From: Rebecca billardiae RCC1528
Taxonomy: Eukaryota; Protista; Haptophyta
Direction of reading: 5' to 3'
NCBI GenBank assembly: GCA_965240325.2
Contig: OZ251241.1
Location: forward strand, 1,426,001 to 1,490,000
Length of the DNA stretch: 64,000 nucleotides
Part shown: positions 32,434-43,541 of the stretch, piece by piece
How positions within the stretch are numbered: position 1 is the stretch's first letter
Layout: each line of letters opens with the position of its first letter
The notes under the pieces: model-generated
What the model saw: only the letters and a program-made list of their open reading frames with translations
Databases searched by the model: none
What the model was told of the DNA's origin: nothing
Program-made: the position numbers and the translations under genes

Positions 32434-35133
32434 TCATCCTCTGCTTGATGACGAAGGCGGCCAGTTGGCCACGATGCGGCGGCATCGGCCCGCGCTCTGC
32501 TCATCCACGCCGTGGTCGTGCTGCCCGACCGCGGCGCCGCGCGCGTCAGGCCGCGGCGGCGAGCGCGCGGCGGCCGCGGCGGCGGCGGCAGTGCTCGGAA
32601 TGGAATAGGGCTGCCGCTGCTGGGCGCGCTTGCTTCCGCCGCCGACGGCCGGCGCGCCGCTGAGCAGCGGCAGCGGGTTGCTCGGCGGCGGCAGCGCCAC
32701 CCACGCGCCGCCCACGTCCGCGCCACCGCCCCGCGCCGCTTCCGTTGGCCCGCCTGCTCGCAGCGGCGCCCGCGCGGCCGGCGGAGGCGGCGGCGGCGCG
32801 GCGCGCGCGCGCGCCGTGGCGCGCCAGGCGCCGAGCGCGGTGTGGAGCTGCGAGTGCTCGACCGCCATCGCCGCCTCCAGTGGCGGGCTTGCGGGCGGCG
32901 TGTACGGCGGGGGCACGCCGATCGCGCGCGCGGTCGCGGCGCGCGAGCGGCCAGTACCCGTGCTGCCGGCGCGCGGCCCGCGCCCCGCGGTCGGCGGCGC
33001 GCTGCCGCCGGCCGCGCTGGCGCGCGCGCGCTGGTCAGGTGTGCACGCGCCGAGGCCGACGCACCCGGCCGGCACGCCGCCGTCGGCGCACGGCCCCGGC
33101 GCATGCGGCCACCACGGCGGCGCGGGCGCGCACGCGCGGCGCGGCGCGCACGCCGCCGCGCGCGCGTCGCCGTCGTCGCCACCGTCCGCGCCGCCACACG
33201 CCGAGCCTGCGGCCCAGGGCTCGGCGGCGCCCGCGGCGTCAGCGGCGGTGGGCGCGGCGGCACAGGCGGCGGGCGATGCGGCGGCGGCGGCGGCTCGCGG
33301 GTGCACGGCCGCGGCCGGGGCGTCGGCTGGCGCGGCGGCGGCGGCGGCGGCGGCGAGCACGTCGCGGCGCGTGCGCGCGAGCGCCACGCGCGCGGCGACG
33401 ACGCGGCCAAAATGGGCTTGCGCGTGCGCCACTGCCCAGCGCGCGAGCGCGCGCCGAAGGCGCAGCTGGCGAGCGGCCGCGGCCGCGAGCGCGGCGCGCC
33501 GCAGCGCGCGCGCGGCCGCGTCGGGCGGCGGCGCGCGCGCGGCGGCGGCGGCGGCGGAAACGGCCGCGCCCTCGCGCAAGCGGCGCAGCGCCTGCGCAGC
33601 GTACGCGCGACCTCCGACCGCGCGCACCGCGCTGTCGAGCCGCGCGCGCGCGCCGCCGAAGCGCCACGCGCCGACGGCGGCGCGCGCCGCCAGCGCCAGC
33701 CGGCGCTCCGCAGCCGCGTCGGCGGCGGCGTCGGCGTCGGCGCGGCGGCGCAGGTCGGCGGCGTGCGCGCCGAGCGCGCGCAGCACGGCGCGCGCGCGCG
33801 CGCTGCGCCGCCGAGCGCGGTCGACTGCGATGTGGATGGCGCGCGCGTGCGCCGCGACGTCGCGCGCCCACGCGCGCAGCGCGGTGCGCAGCCGCAGCCG
33901 CGCGGCCGCGCGGCCGCGCGCGGCCGCGCGGCGCGCGGCGCGCGCGCGCGCGCCGAGCGCGCCCCAGGCGGCGCCGAGCGCGGCGGTGGCGCGGGCCATG
34001 CGCAGCGCGGCCGCGGCGTGGCGCGCGGCGCGGCGCTCGCGCCGCGCGCGCGCGTGCGCCGACGCCCAGCCGTGCCACGCCGCGCACAGCGCGCACAGCC
34101 AAGCGTGCTCCGCCGCGTAGCGCGCGCGGCCGCGCGCGGCCGGCGCGGCCGCGCCTGCGCCGTGCGCCGCGCCGCCGGCGGCGCCGGCGGCGCCGAGCGC
34201 CGCCAGCGCGCGCCGGAGCGCGGCGCGGCCGCGCGCGGCGGCGGCCCAGCGGCGCGCGAGCGCGGCGGCGGCGCGCGCGCGCAGCTCGGCGCGCAGCCCG
34301 TCGCCCGGCGCCGCGAGCGCCGCGCGCGCCACGCCGCGCGCCGCCCATGCGCGCGCCGCGCGCCGCGCCAAGCGCGCCGCGCGCGCCGCCGCGCCAAGCG
34401 CCGCAAGTGCGCGCAGCGCGCTCGCGCGCGCGGCGCGCGCGGCGTGGGCGCGCGCGGCGCGGAGTGCGCGCGCGCGCGCGGCGCGCGTGCGGAGCCGCGC
34501 CGCGCCGTCGTACCCGCGCGCGCGCCACGCCGCGCGCTCGCGCGACAGCGCCGCCCACGCCGCGCGCCGGCGGCGCGCGGCCGCCGCCGCGTCGGCGGCC
34601 GCGGCCGCGCGGCGCGCGGCCGCGCCGCCGCGCCGCAGCGCGCGCCACGCGCACCACACGGCGCCGAGCGCGGCCGCGGCGGCGCCGAGCGCGTCCGCGG
34701 CGGCGGCGGCGCGCACGTGGCGCAGGGCGCGCATCGCGCGCGCCGCACACCGCCACGCGCGCGCCTCGCGCAGCCGCGCCGCCGCGCGCGCCGCGCGCGC
34801 GCCGCGCGCGCCGCGCCGCGCCCACGCGCGCAGCGCGCCGCGCCGCGCGCCGCGCGCCGCCGCGCGCGCGAGCGCGCCGCGCGCCGCCGCGCGCGCGCGC
34901 AGCGTGGCGAGCGCGAGCGCGCGCGCCGCCGCGGCCGAGGCCTCGCGCGCGGCGCGCACCACGCGCGCCGTCGCCGCCACGCGCGCCAACGCCGCGAACG
35001 CGCCGCCGCCGCGCGCGCGCCACGCGAGCCGCGCGCGCGGCGCGCGCGGCGGCGCGGGCGCGCGCGGCGGCGGCGGCGGCGGCGCGGCGCGCGCCGCGCG
35101 CGCTTCGCGCGGCGGTGGCATCTGCCGCGCAGC

Positions 35134-35164
<31 letters not shown>

Positions 35165-36384
35165 AGCGGGAGTGCGCGGCGCCGCGCAGCGGGCGCGGTG
35201 CGCGGTGCGCGCGGCGGCGTCGGCGGCGAGGTCGCGCGGCGGCGCTCGGCGCGACGCGCGCGGCTCGGCGGCGGCTGCGGCGGCTGCGGCTGCGGCGGCG
35301 CGCGCGGCGCGGCGCGGGGCGCGCGCGCCGCCGGCTTCGTCGGCGGCGCGGCGGGCGCGTCGAGCGCGGCGTCGAGCGCGGCGTACGCCTCGCGCGCGGC
35401 CCTCGACCCGCGCGCGCGCTCGCGCAGCACGCGCAGGCACCGCCGCGCCGCGCCCACGGCCGCGTGCGCGCGCGCGCGCGCGGCCGCGTAGCGCGCGCGC
35501 GCGCGCACGTGCGCCGCTGCGCGCGCCGCCGCCCACACCGCCGTGAGCGCGCGCGCGGCGGCGCGGCGGCGTGTGGCGGCGGCGGCGGCGGGGTGGTGGG
35601 CTGCGGCGTGGCGTGCGCGGCGGCCGAGCGCGTGCGCGCACAGCGCGAGCAGACCGCGCGCGCGCCGCGCCGCGCCCGCCGCCGCGTCGGCGGCGGCGGC
35701 GCGCGCCGCGCGCGCGTCGGCGCGCGCGCCGCGCGCGCGCCACGCGCGCCACGCGCGCGCGCGCGCGCCGCGCGCCGCGGCGGCAGCGTGCGCCGCGCGC
35801 CACGCGGCGTGGGCGTCGTGCCGCGCGGCGCCTGCGCGCACGCGCGACCACGCGCGGCGCAGCCCGACGAGCCGCGCGCGCGCCGCGCCGCGCGCGTCGA
35901 GCGCGGCGGCGGCCGCGCGCGCGGCCGCCGCCGCCGCCCACGCGCGCGCGCGGCGCGCGGCCGCGGCGCGCGCGGCCGCGCGCCGCGCGCCCGCCGCGTC
36001 CGCCGCGCGCTGGGCGGCGGCGCGGAGCGCAGCGAGCGCGGCGGCGCAGCGCGCGCGCGCCTTCCGCGCCCCGCGCGCCCGCGCCTCCGCGCCCGCCTCC
36101 GCCGCCGCATCCGTCGCCAGCCGCCACCCGCCGAGCGCGCGCGCCGCCGCGCCGCGCCGCACGCGCGCCGCGCGCTCGCGCGCGCCGCTGCTGACGAGCC
36201 GGCTGCGAAGTGCAGAGAGCCGAAGGGCTGACAGGGCGAGCTTGGCGGCGAGGCGCGCGCGGAGCTCGCCGAGCATGTGCGCGCGCAGCGCGGACGCCTC
36301 GGAGCCCTCGCCGCCCGGGCCCGCCGCGCCCGCGCCCGCCGCCGCCGCCGCCGCTGCCGCCACAGTCCTGCGTGCCGCGCCGCG

Positions 36385-36453
<69 letters not shown>

Positions 36454-38040
36454 TGGCACTGAGCCCTCGGCCGCGCGCGCCGCGAGCGCGCGCAGCGGCG
36501 CCGTCGGCAGCGCGGCGCACGCCGCGACGACCTCCGCGTGCCGCGCGGCGAGCGCGCGCACCGCGCCCGCGAGCGGCGCGAGCCGAGTGTCCGCCAGCAC
36601 CCGCAATCGGCCGCACGGGCCGAGGCCGCGCGCCGGCCGCCGCGCCGCCGCCGCCGCCGCCGCCGCGGCGGCGCCGGCGCGCGGCGGCGAGGGCGAGGGC
36701 GGCGAGGCGGGGCGTGCGCGTCCGCGCGGCGGCGTGCGCGGCGGCGTGCGAGGGAGCGGCGGGCCGAGGCTCGCGCTGAGCGCGCGCACCGCGCAGTCCA
36801 CCGCGCGCTGCACGCTCCGCGCCGCCGGCGACGAGCGAGCCGCCGCCTCCGCCTCCGCCTCCGCCTCCGCCTCCGCCGCCGCCGCCGCCGCCGCCGCCGC
36901 CTCCGCCGCCGCGCCGCCGCCGCGCGCGCGCCGCGCGCTGCCGCCGCCACCCGCTGCCGCCGCCGTCGGCTCCTCCGCCGCCGACGCCGCCGTCGCGCGC
37001 GCTGGCCACCGGCCGTCCGGCGAGGCGGCAGCGAGTGCCGGGGTGGCGTGGCCCGCGCCGAGCCATGCCGTGGCGGGATCGGGCGGCGGCGGCTGCGGCG
37101 GCGGCGGCGGCCGCCGCGGCGGCGGCGGCGCTGGCGGCGGCGGCGACTGCGGCGGCGGTATGGCTACGGTCGCGGCGGGCGGCGCTGGCGCGTGCACCGG
37201 AGCGCGCGCGCTGGGCGAAGCGGTGCCCGCGGGCGGTGCATGCGAGGGCACGCCGCACGAGGCGCCCGGCCCGCTGCCGTCCGCGCCGCTGCGCGCGCTC
37301 GGCGGCGCGAGCGGCAAAGATGGCGGCGCGCCGGCCGCGGCCGCGCGCACGCGACAGGTGGCCGCGGGCGGTGGCGGCATGGGCGCGCGCTCCAAAGGCG
37401 GCTCGGCGGCCGCCACCTCGGCTGCGCGGGGCACCGAGCCCCCCGTGCCGCCCGCGCGCCCGTGCGCCACCGCGCCGCACGCGCTCGCCGGCCGAGCGAA
37501 GCCAACTGCCGCCGCCGCCGCCGCGGGCGGCGGCGGCGCGGTGCGTGCGCGCTCGCGCGAGTGCGCCGCCGCCTGGCGCGCGATGCTCGCGGCGTAGCCC
37601 GGCATGGGCGGCCTGCGCGCGGGATCGGAAGGCTCGCGCGCGCGCGCGCCCGCCGCCGACGCCGCGCTCGTCACCGCTGGCGGTGGCGGCGCAGCGGTCG
37701 TCGTCGGTGGCGGCGGCGGAGGCGGCGGCGCGCACCGGCGCGCCGCGCCGTCGTGCGCCTCGGCGCCCCCGCCGGCCGCGCCGGCGGCCGCGGCGTACGG
37801 CGGCGCCCACGCGCGCGCGTACTCGCTCTGCGCCGCGCCCGCCGCCCGGCCGCTCGCGCCCGCTAGCGTGAGCGGCGCGGGCAAGGCGGCCAGCAGCGCG
37901 TGAACTTTTCGCGCATGTTCCTCCGCGTCTTGTATTTGCGCGTCCACGAAGGCCGCGCCGCCGGGCGGGCGGAAGGCGGTGGCGGGCGGGGGCACGGGCT
38001 CGCGCGGCGCGCGCCCCGGCTGTCGCCCCGCGTGCAGCAT
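32434..38040 (-). CDS. Large Ala/Arg/Trp helical-repeat protein, Sfi1-like centrin-binding candidate
   Basis: About 1870-aa ORF from ATG 38040, with Pro-rich ends and many periodic A...L.RA...W units (e.g. ARALGGWR, LRTALRAWAR, LRRALARW) resembling Sfi1 repeats. Confidence 0.6.
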
Positions 38041-38205
38041 CCGCCCCGCTGGCGCCGCACCGGCCGGCCCCCGCGCTGGCGCACTCAAAGCAGCGGCCCC
38101 CGCCACCTCCGTGCAGGCAAGGATTTTGCCGTTGGCACAGGGCTGCCTTCTCGCCGCGAGCAGTCCGGTCGTTCGTCGCTGAGCAGGACTTCTTCCAAAC
38201 TGGCT

Positions 38206-39117
38206 ATTGACACTGGCCCACAGGACCGACCGGACAGGGGGGGGTTCCGAATTGGTCCCCCGACCTCGAGCTCGATGGCTGCCGCACGTGCGTGCCCAGC
38301 GTGCCTCGCGCGTGTACGTGCACGGTAGGGCGTCCCGACAGCGGCGGGGTGGAGTAGATGGTCGCATGGGAGGTGCATCCGTGTGTCGGAGACGTCTCGG
38401 CGCCTCGGTGGCGTGCCCACACCTCTCCTTGTCGCCGCTTGCCTGCTGCGTGCTCGGCCAGCCGTTTGGAGTGCATGCCTGCACGTGCACGGCCAGTGTC
38501 GGGCGGATCGAGCCGTAGCGAGTGTGCTTGCGGGTACTCCCACCCGATGCGGCTCTCTGCCGCCGTCGTAGTAGCTCTCGTGCATCAATCCCAAGCCGTG
38601 CACTCCAACCCACGACGTGTTCAGTGTTGTCATGGTGGTACACCACATGCTGTCCAGTTTTATTTTCAAATAGCGCATTTCTGATGCGATTCCTGGGCAA
38701 TGTTCGCGAGCATGTTGGGCGCATGCCCGACTAGATTCGGCAGGTTCCAGGACACGCGCGAGGGCTTGCGACGGCGGCAGAGAGCCGCATCGGGTGGGAG
38801 TACCCGCAAGCACACTCGCTACGGCTCGATCCGCCCGACACTGGCCGTGCACGTGCAGGCGTGCACTCCAAACGGCTGGCCGAGCACGCAGCAGGCAAGC
38901 GGCGACAAGGAGAGGTGTGGGCACGCCACCGAGGCGCCGAGACGTCTCCGACACACGGATGCACCTCCCATGCGACCATCTACGCCACCCCGCCGCTGTC
39001 GGGACGCCCTACCGTGCACGTACACGCGCGAGGCACGCTGGGCACGCACGTGCGGCAGCCATCGAGCTCGAGGTCGGGGGACCAATTCGGAACCCCCCCC
39101 TGTGGGCCAGTGTCAAT
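38206..39117. mobile_element. Foldback element, ~350-bp near-identical inverted arms and ~200-bp spacer
   Basis: 38206-38568 vs 38769-39117. Termini attgacactggcccacag / ctgtgggccagtgtcaat. The left arm has a 14-nt insertion. Confidence 0.88.
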
Positions 39118-39841
39118 TCAAGCAAAGGACCATCATCGTTCAAGAATCAAGCCCAAGGGCGAGTGGCGCGGGTTCGGAACTCGGAAGCACTTCGCCAGTC
39201 GGGGATGTTGTGGCCCGCGGAGCCGCCGGTCCGACCCCGGTGCAGACTGGAGACTTGGACGTCGCACTCGCAACTCGAAGGGGTCGTCGACTGACGACTC
39301 GCAAGGTCGTCGGCGGCAGTCAATTACACAAGTCACATCAGTCAGAATACAGCAGTACTCACAGTAGCTGCGCCTCAGTCCGTCAGTCGGCGTCATGCCC
39401 GCGCACTCACGCCTCACTCACGGCACTCGGGAGTCCTCGGCCGCGCGTCTGGCGCCCGTCTGCGCCACTGCCTGCCCGCAGGCTCAGGCTGCCGGCGCCG
39501 TGGACGCTGGCCCGGCCGGTCACAGAGTACATCACAGCCCGCGGTGACGCGGTCGGCGGTCCCGCCCCCGGCGCAGCTAGCTGACAGAGTACGGCACCCG
39601 GGAGGCTCCGGGTCACGCGGGCTGGCCGTGGGCCGCGTGGGCGGGCGCCGCGGGCGGGACTGGCTCCGCGGCGTGACGGCGGATGATGCGCGTCCACGCA
39701 CACCAGCGGCACGCAGTAGAGGGACTCAACGAGGGTGTGGGTGAGCCGGCTGTCGAGCCGCTGGCGGCGCTGCGTGCGGTGCGCGTAATTAAATATGATC
39801 TGTCCCGCATAGGCAGGGCGCCATCCATGCACTGCCACCGC

Positions 39842-41191
39842 CTAGCTGGACGCGGCGGCCAGCACCGCGTGCATCGCGTCGGCGCCGAGCGCGCCCACGG
39901 CGGACATGGCCGCGCCAGACACCGCCGCGGCACCGGCGCTCGCGAGCCAGACGTGCGCGAGGCCGAGCGCGAGCACGCGGCACGGCGCGCACGACGGCGG
40001 CAGCGCGGCAAAGGTCGTCGCGTCCACCGCCTTCTTGAGCGACAGGAGCGTGCCCGGGCCGGCGAGCGCGTACGGGTTGAAGCCGCCCGAGTCCGTGCGC
40101 TCCACGATCGCCATCACGCGCTCGAGGAACGCCGGGTCGAGCGCGTACAGCGCGCGCAGCGGGGCGCCCATCAGGTGGGTGAGCCCGTTCACGGCCGCGC
40201 CCGAGCGGAGCGCGGGCGGCAGCGCGGCGGCCAGCAGCGTCGTGTACGAGGAGGCGACGACGCCGTTGACGACGATGTCGCCGTGGAGGGTGAGCGGCGC
40301 GAAGAGGCCAGCCTTGAAGACGGCGCTCGTCGCCGTCACGAGCGCGTCGTCCGCACACGCCCCCTCCTCCTCCTCCACGCCGGCCTTCTTCGTCGCGCCC
40401 GCGACGACGCGCATCCGCATCCCGGCGCGGAGGTCGCGCGCCGCGACGTACGCGCCGTCGGCGAGCGCGTAGTGGTCTTCCGTGAGCTCGAGGACGTGGC
40501 CGGAGGAGAGCTCGACGCGCACCATCGCGTGCCGCACGTCCGCGCGCGTGTCGCTGTGCGGGATGGCCCACACGGCCGAGAACGTCCGGCTGCCGTCCAC
40601 CAGGACTCGGTCGCCGGCGGCAAGCTCGTCCATGCGCTTCGGCCCAGCGGGCGTAGTCACGGTCGCGTCCGCTGGGAAGCAGCCGCCTGTGGTGTCCTCC
40701 CGGCACTCGCGAACCGTGCCCCCCTGTCCATCAGACACCCCTTCGCAAACCAAGCCTTCGCAGCAGGGGGCTCGATCACTGGGGCCGCTGCGTGCGCAGT
40801 TGCGCTCCCACTCCTGCAGGCAAAAGGGCGGCGATGGCGGCGGCGACGGAGGCGATGGAGGATCCGACGGCGGGTCAGCTGGCGGCATCGGCGGCGGCGG
40901 CGGTGCAGGCGGCGACGGCGGCGGCGACGAAGGCGGCGGCGAAGGTGGCGGCGAAGGCGGCGGCGGCGGCGGCGATGAAGGCGGCGACGGCGTGCCGATT
41001 GGCAGTGGAGGCGACGGCGGCGATGCAGGCGGCGGCGAAGGCGGCGGCGACGGCGGCGGTGGCGACAGCGCGGCGGGCGCCGGCGATGGCGGCGGAGACC
41101 ACGCAATGGCGGACGCTTCGATGGCGCACGCTCCGCCCAAAGACAGCACGACGGCGACTGCCAGGAGCGCGCGCCGAGGTGTTGCCGTCAT
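39842..41191 (-). CDS. Secreted Hog/Hint (hedgehog-type autoprocessing) protein with SPn-rich rod and 6-Cys module
   Basis: Signal peptide, SPPP repeats, GG|CFPADATV, LTEDH and GLFAPLTLHGDIVVNGVVASSY, followed by an SRR-like helical tail. Confidence 0.9.
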   Translation of the reverse strand: MTATPRRALLAVAVVLSLGGACAIEASAIAWSPPPSPAPAALSPPPPSPPPSPPPASPPSPPLPIGTPSPPSSPPPPPPSPPPSPPPSSPPPSPPAPPPPPMPPADPPSDPPSPPSPPPSPPFCLQEWERNCARSGPSDRAPCCEGLVCEGVSDGQGGTVRECREDTTGGCFPADATVTTPAGPKRMDELAAGDRVLVDGSRTFSAVWAIPHSDTRADVRHAMVRVELSSGHVLELTEDHYALADGAYVAARDLRAGMRMRVVAGATKKAGVEEEEGACADDALVTATSAVFKAGLFAPLTLHGDIVVNGVVASSYTTLLAAALPPALRSGAAVNGLTHLMGAPLRALYALDPAFLERVMAIVERTDSGGFNPYALAGPGTLLSLKKAVDATTFAALPPSCAPCRVLALGLAHVWLASAGAAAVSGAAMSAVGALGADAMHAVLAAASS

Positions 41192-42380
41192 GGTGCAGGG
41201 TGTCGTCGTGCCTCCACAGCAACAGCCTGATGGCGTTGCAATTGACGACACTCCACGGCTCAACGCTCATCCCCAGCTCAACTGACGAACATCGCGTCAA
41301 AAATCATCCGCCGATGATTATGACGAGTGTCGTCCGAATCGGCGTTAACTTTAATAAGTATACTACGGCGTCAATCACGCCATTGAATATGGGTTGGCGC
41401 TGCGCGTCAACTTGGGCTGGAAACCTGTTTCTGAAACGCACGATGGCACGCCGGGCCGGTGGCCCGAGCTCGAGGAATTCCGACGCTCGGCCATGGGCGC
41501 CACAGGGGCGCCGCGGCGGGGCTGACGACGCGCGCGCGTGTGCACGTCTGGGCACGGAGTGCGCGCTGCAATGACTGTCCCGTCTGCAGCACCACGCCCC
41601 GCGCTGTGAGTGAGAGTGTGGCCCGCGCCCAAGCGAAACGCCGGACGGGCGGCACTCCGCCGACCTTGCCGTCCGCCGACCAACCCGCGGCCGCCTGCTG
41701 CAGCTCGTGGAAGGCATGCAGTCGCGCGCTCGCGCGTGGATGGCGGCCCTACGCGTATGCGCCCGGCGCGCGTGCCGCTTCATCCGCTGGCACCGCACGC
41801 GAGGGCGCTCGTCGCGCGCAGTCGGCAGCTCGAGCCCTCCGCCGCCCGACCGGGCCGGCGCCACGCCTCGCGCTCGTGCTCGAGCTGAGACGGCGCGTGT
41901 CGCCCGAACCGGCGGGTTCGCACGCGTGCGCGTGGTGGGCGGCCTCGCGCGTGAGCCCGCCGCGCGCCCCGCGTTGCTCGCTGGCGCCGCACGCGAGCCG
42001 TTCGTCGCGCGACCGACCGCCAGGACGAGGGCGACCCTCGGGCTCGTGGGCTCTCGCTCTTTGTCGGCTTCGGACCCGGGACGCCGAGGCCGCGCGAGGT
42101 TGCTCCGACGCTCATAGTCCAATGCAAGATGATACCCGCGTGCCACTATCAGCGCGCCCTTTCGCTCGTGAAATGTCTAGCGAGAAAGTGACGGTTCGCT
42201 TATCGCGTGAATGTGAAGTGTGAACTCGCGACACGACGAATGGGCCGATGCGATTCGCGCGAATGTGAGTACGCAAAGCGCCGAACGACGAGCGGTTTTT
42301 GACCGAACGACGAGCGGTTTTTGTCCTATCGAGCGCGTAAGCGAGTACGCGAATTGCGCTTATGTGACCCGGCCGACGGA

Positions 42381-43541
42381 TGGGTGACTAATTCTATGAT
42401 TTAAAGACACAGGCACGAGGGCGCAGCTCTCCTGATTCGTCTGTCGAAGTACTGAATGGAGTTAATGGAGGATGTCGCTGGAGCGCGTTGGCCGCGGGTG
42501 AGGGAGTCGTCGTAACCGATGCTGATCACACGGTCACTGAGGTAGTAGGCGCCCGGGGATGCCGCTGTTTTGCAGTCGTCGTCGGCCTTGGTCATCATGT
42601 AGTTGCCCGCGTCGTCGTCGTCCCGAGGCTGTTCAAGTTGATGCCGTAGTGCGGGTAGTGGATGTGGTCGCCCGGGCCGGTGTGCGCGGCCTAGTGGCCT
42701 TGCCGAGTTGAGGGAGTAGTCGCCCTTGCCGTTGAGGAAGTCGTCGTCCTTGCCGTTGAGGAAGTCGTCGCCCTGGCCGCAGAGGAAGTCGTCGCCCTTG
42801 CCGTTGAGGAAGTCGTCGTCCTGGCCGCTGAGGGTGCCTGCGCTGCCCAACCGGGCGCGTCTGGCGCGCCAGCGCCGCGCGCGGCTCTACGCCAGTGACG
42901 GCGGCACGGCGGCAGCCAGGTCACGGGGGGGGTCGGCGAGGGACGCGGTGCGAGCCTGCTTGGCCGGCTTGGCGTCGCTCCCGCCAGCGGAGGAGGGCCC
43001 ATCCTCCTCCGCCGGCGTGGACGGCTCGGTCGCCGCGCGCTTGCCGGCTGCCGCGGCGCCGGGGGGCAGGACCAGGCGGTAGTTGGACTCCCCGAGCGCC
43101 GGCCTGGCCTGTTGCACCTCGGGCCCGTCCGACGGCGCGGCCGCGGTTGGCGGCTGGGGTGGCGGGATGGCATCGTCGGAACCCTCCCCCTCGGGCTCCT
43201 CCGCCTCCGGGCCGGCGGGGTCCGCCGCCTGTTGGTCGGCCGGCTGAGGAGCAGGGCGGCGCGCAGCGGCGGGCGGCGCGGGCGGCACAGGCGGCGCGGG
43301 CGGCACGCCCCACAGGTTGTGTGGGACGCGGGCGGCGCCGGCGATGCGGCGGCTCGGCTTGAGCGGCGCGAAGAAGATGGGGTGCTCGGGGTCGATGGGC
43401 ATGAAACGGAGGCGGAGGAAGATCAGGTTCACACCACTGGGTGACTAATTCTATGATTTAAAGACACAGGCACGAGGGCGCAGCTCTCCTGATTCGTCTG
43501 TCGAAGTACTGAATGGAGTTAATGGAGGATGTCGGAGCGCG
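42381..43541 (-). mobile_element. ~1.16-kb insertion bounded by ~100-bp direct repeats (TRIM/pseudo-LTR-like)
   Basis: Direct repeats at 42381-~42477 and 43438-~43534 (tgggtgactaattctatgatttaaagacacagg...gatgtcg). The interior has an ORF fragment and tandem 21-24-nt repeats. Confidence 0.6.
42698..42832. repeat. Tandem 21/24-nt repeat (gaggaagtcgtcg[t/c]cc[t]tgccgtt), about 5 units
   Basis: Seen directly. Reads DDFLNGK(G) on the minus strand. Confidence 0.8.

Noticed and set aside
38041-38724. N-terminal extension of the 2096-aa ORF
   Set aside because: It runs through the foldback element. ATG 38040 is the more plausible start.
39842-40681. Hint domain as a self-splicing intein
   Set aside because: It ends in ASSY plus an SRR-like tail rather than HN-C/S/T, and there is no endonuclease or interrupted host protein. 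It is Hog-type.
42381-42480. Hammerhead ribozyme (retrozyme) in the direct repeats
   Set aside because: I could not find the CUGAnGA/GAAA core on either strand.
42698-42832. Short regularly spaced repeats as a CRISPR array
   Set aside because: Head-to-tail tandem units with no unique spacers, no cas genes, and a eukaryotic context.
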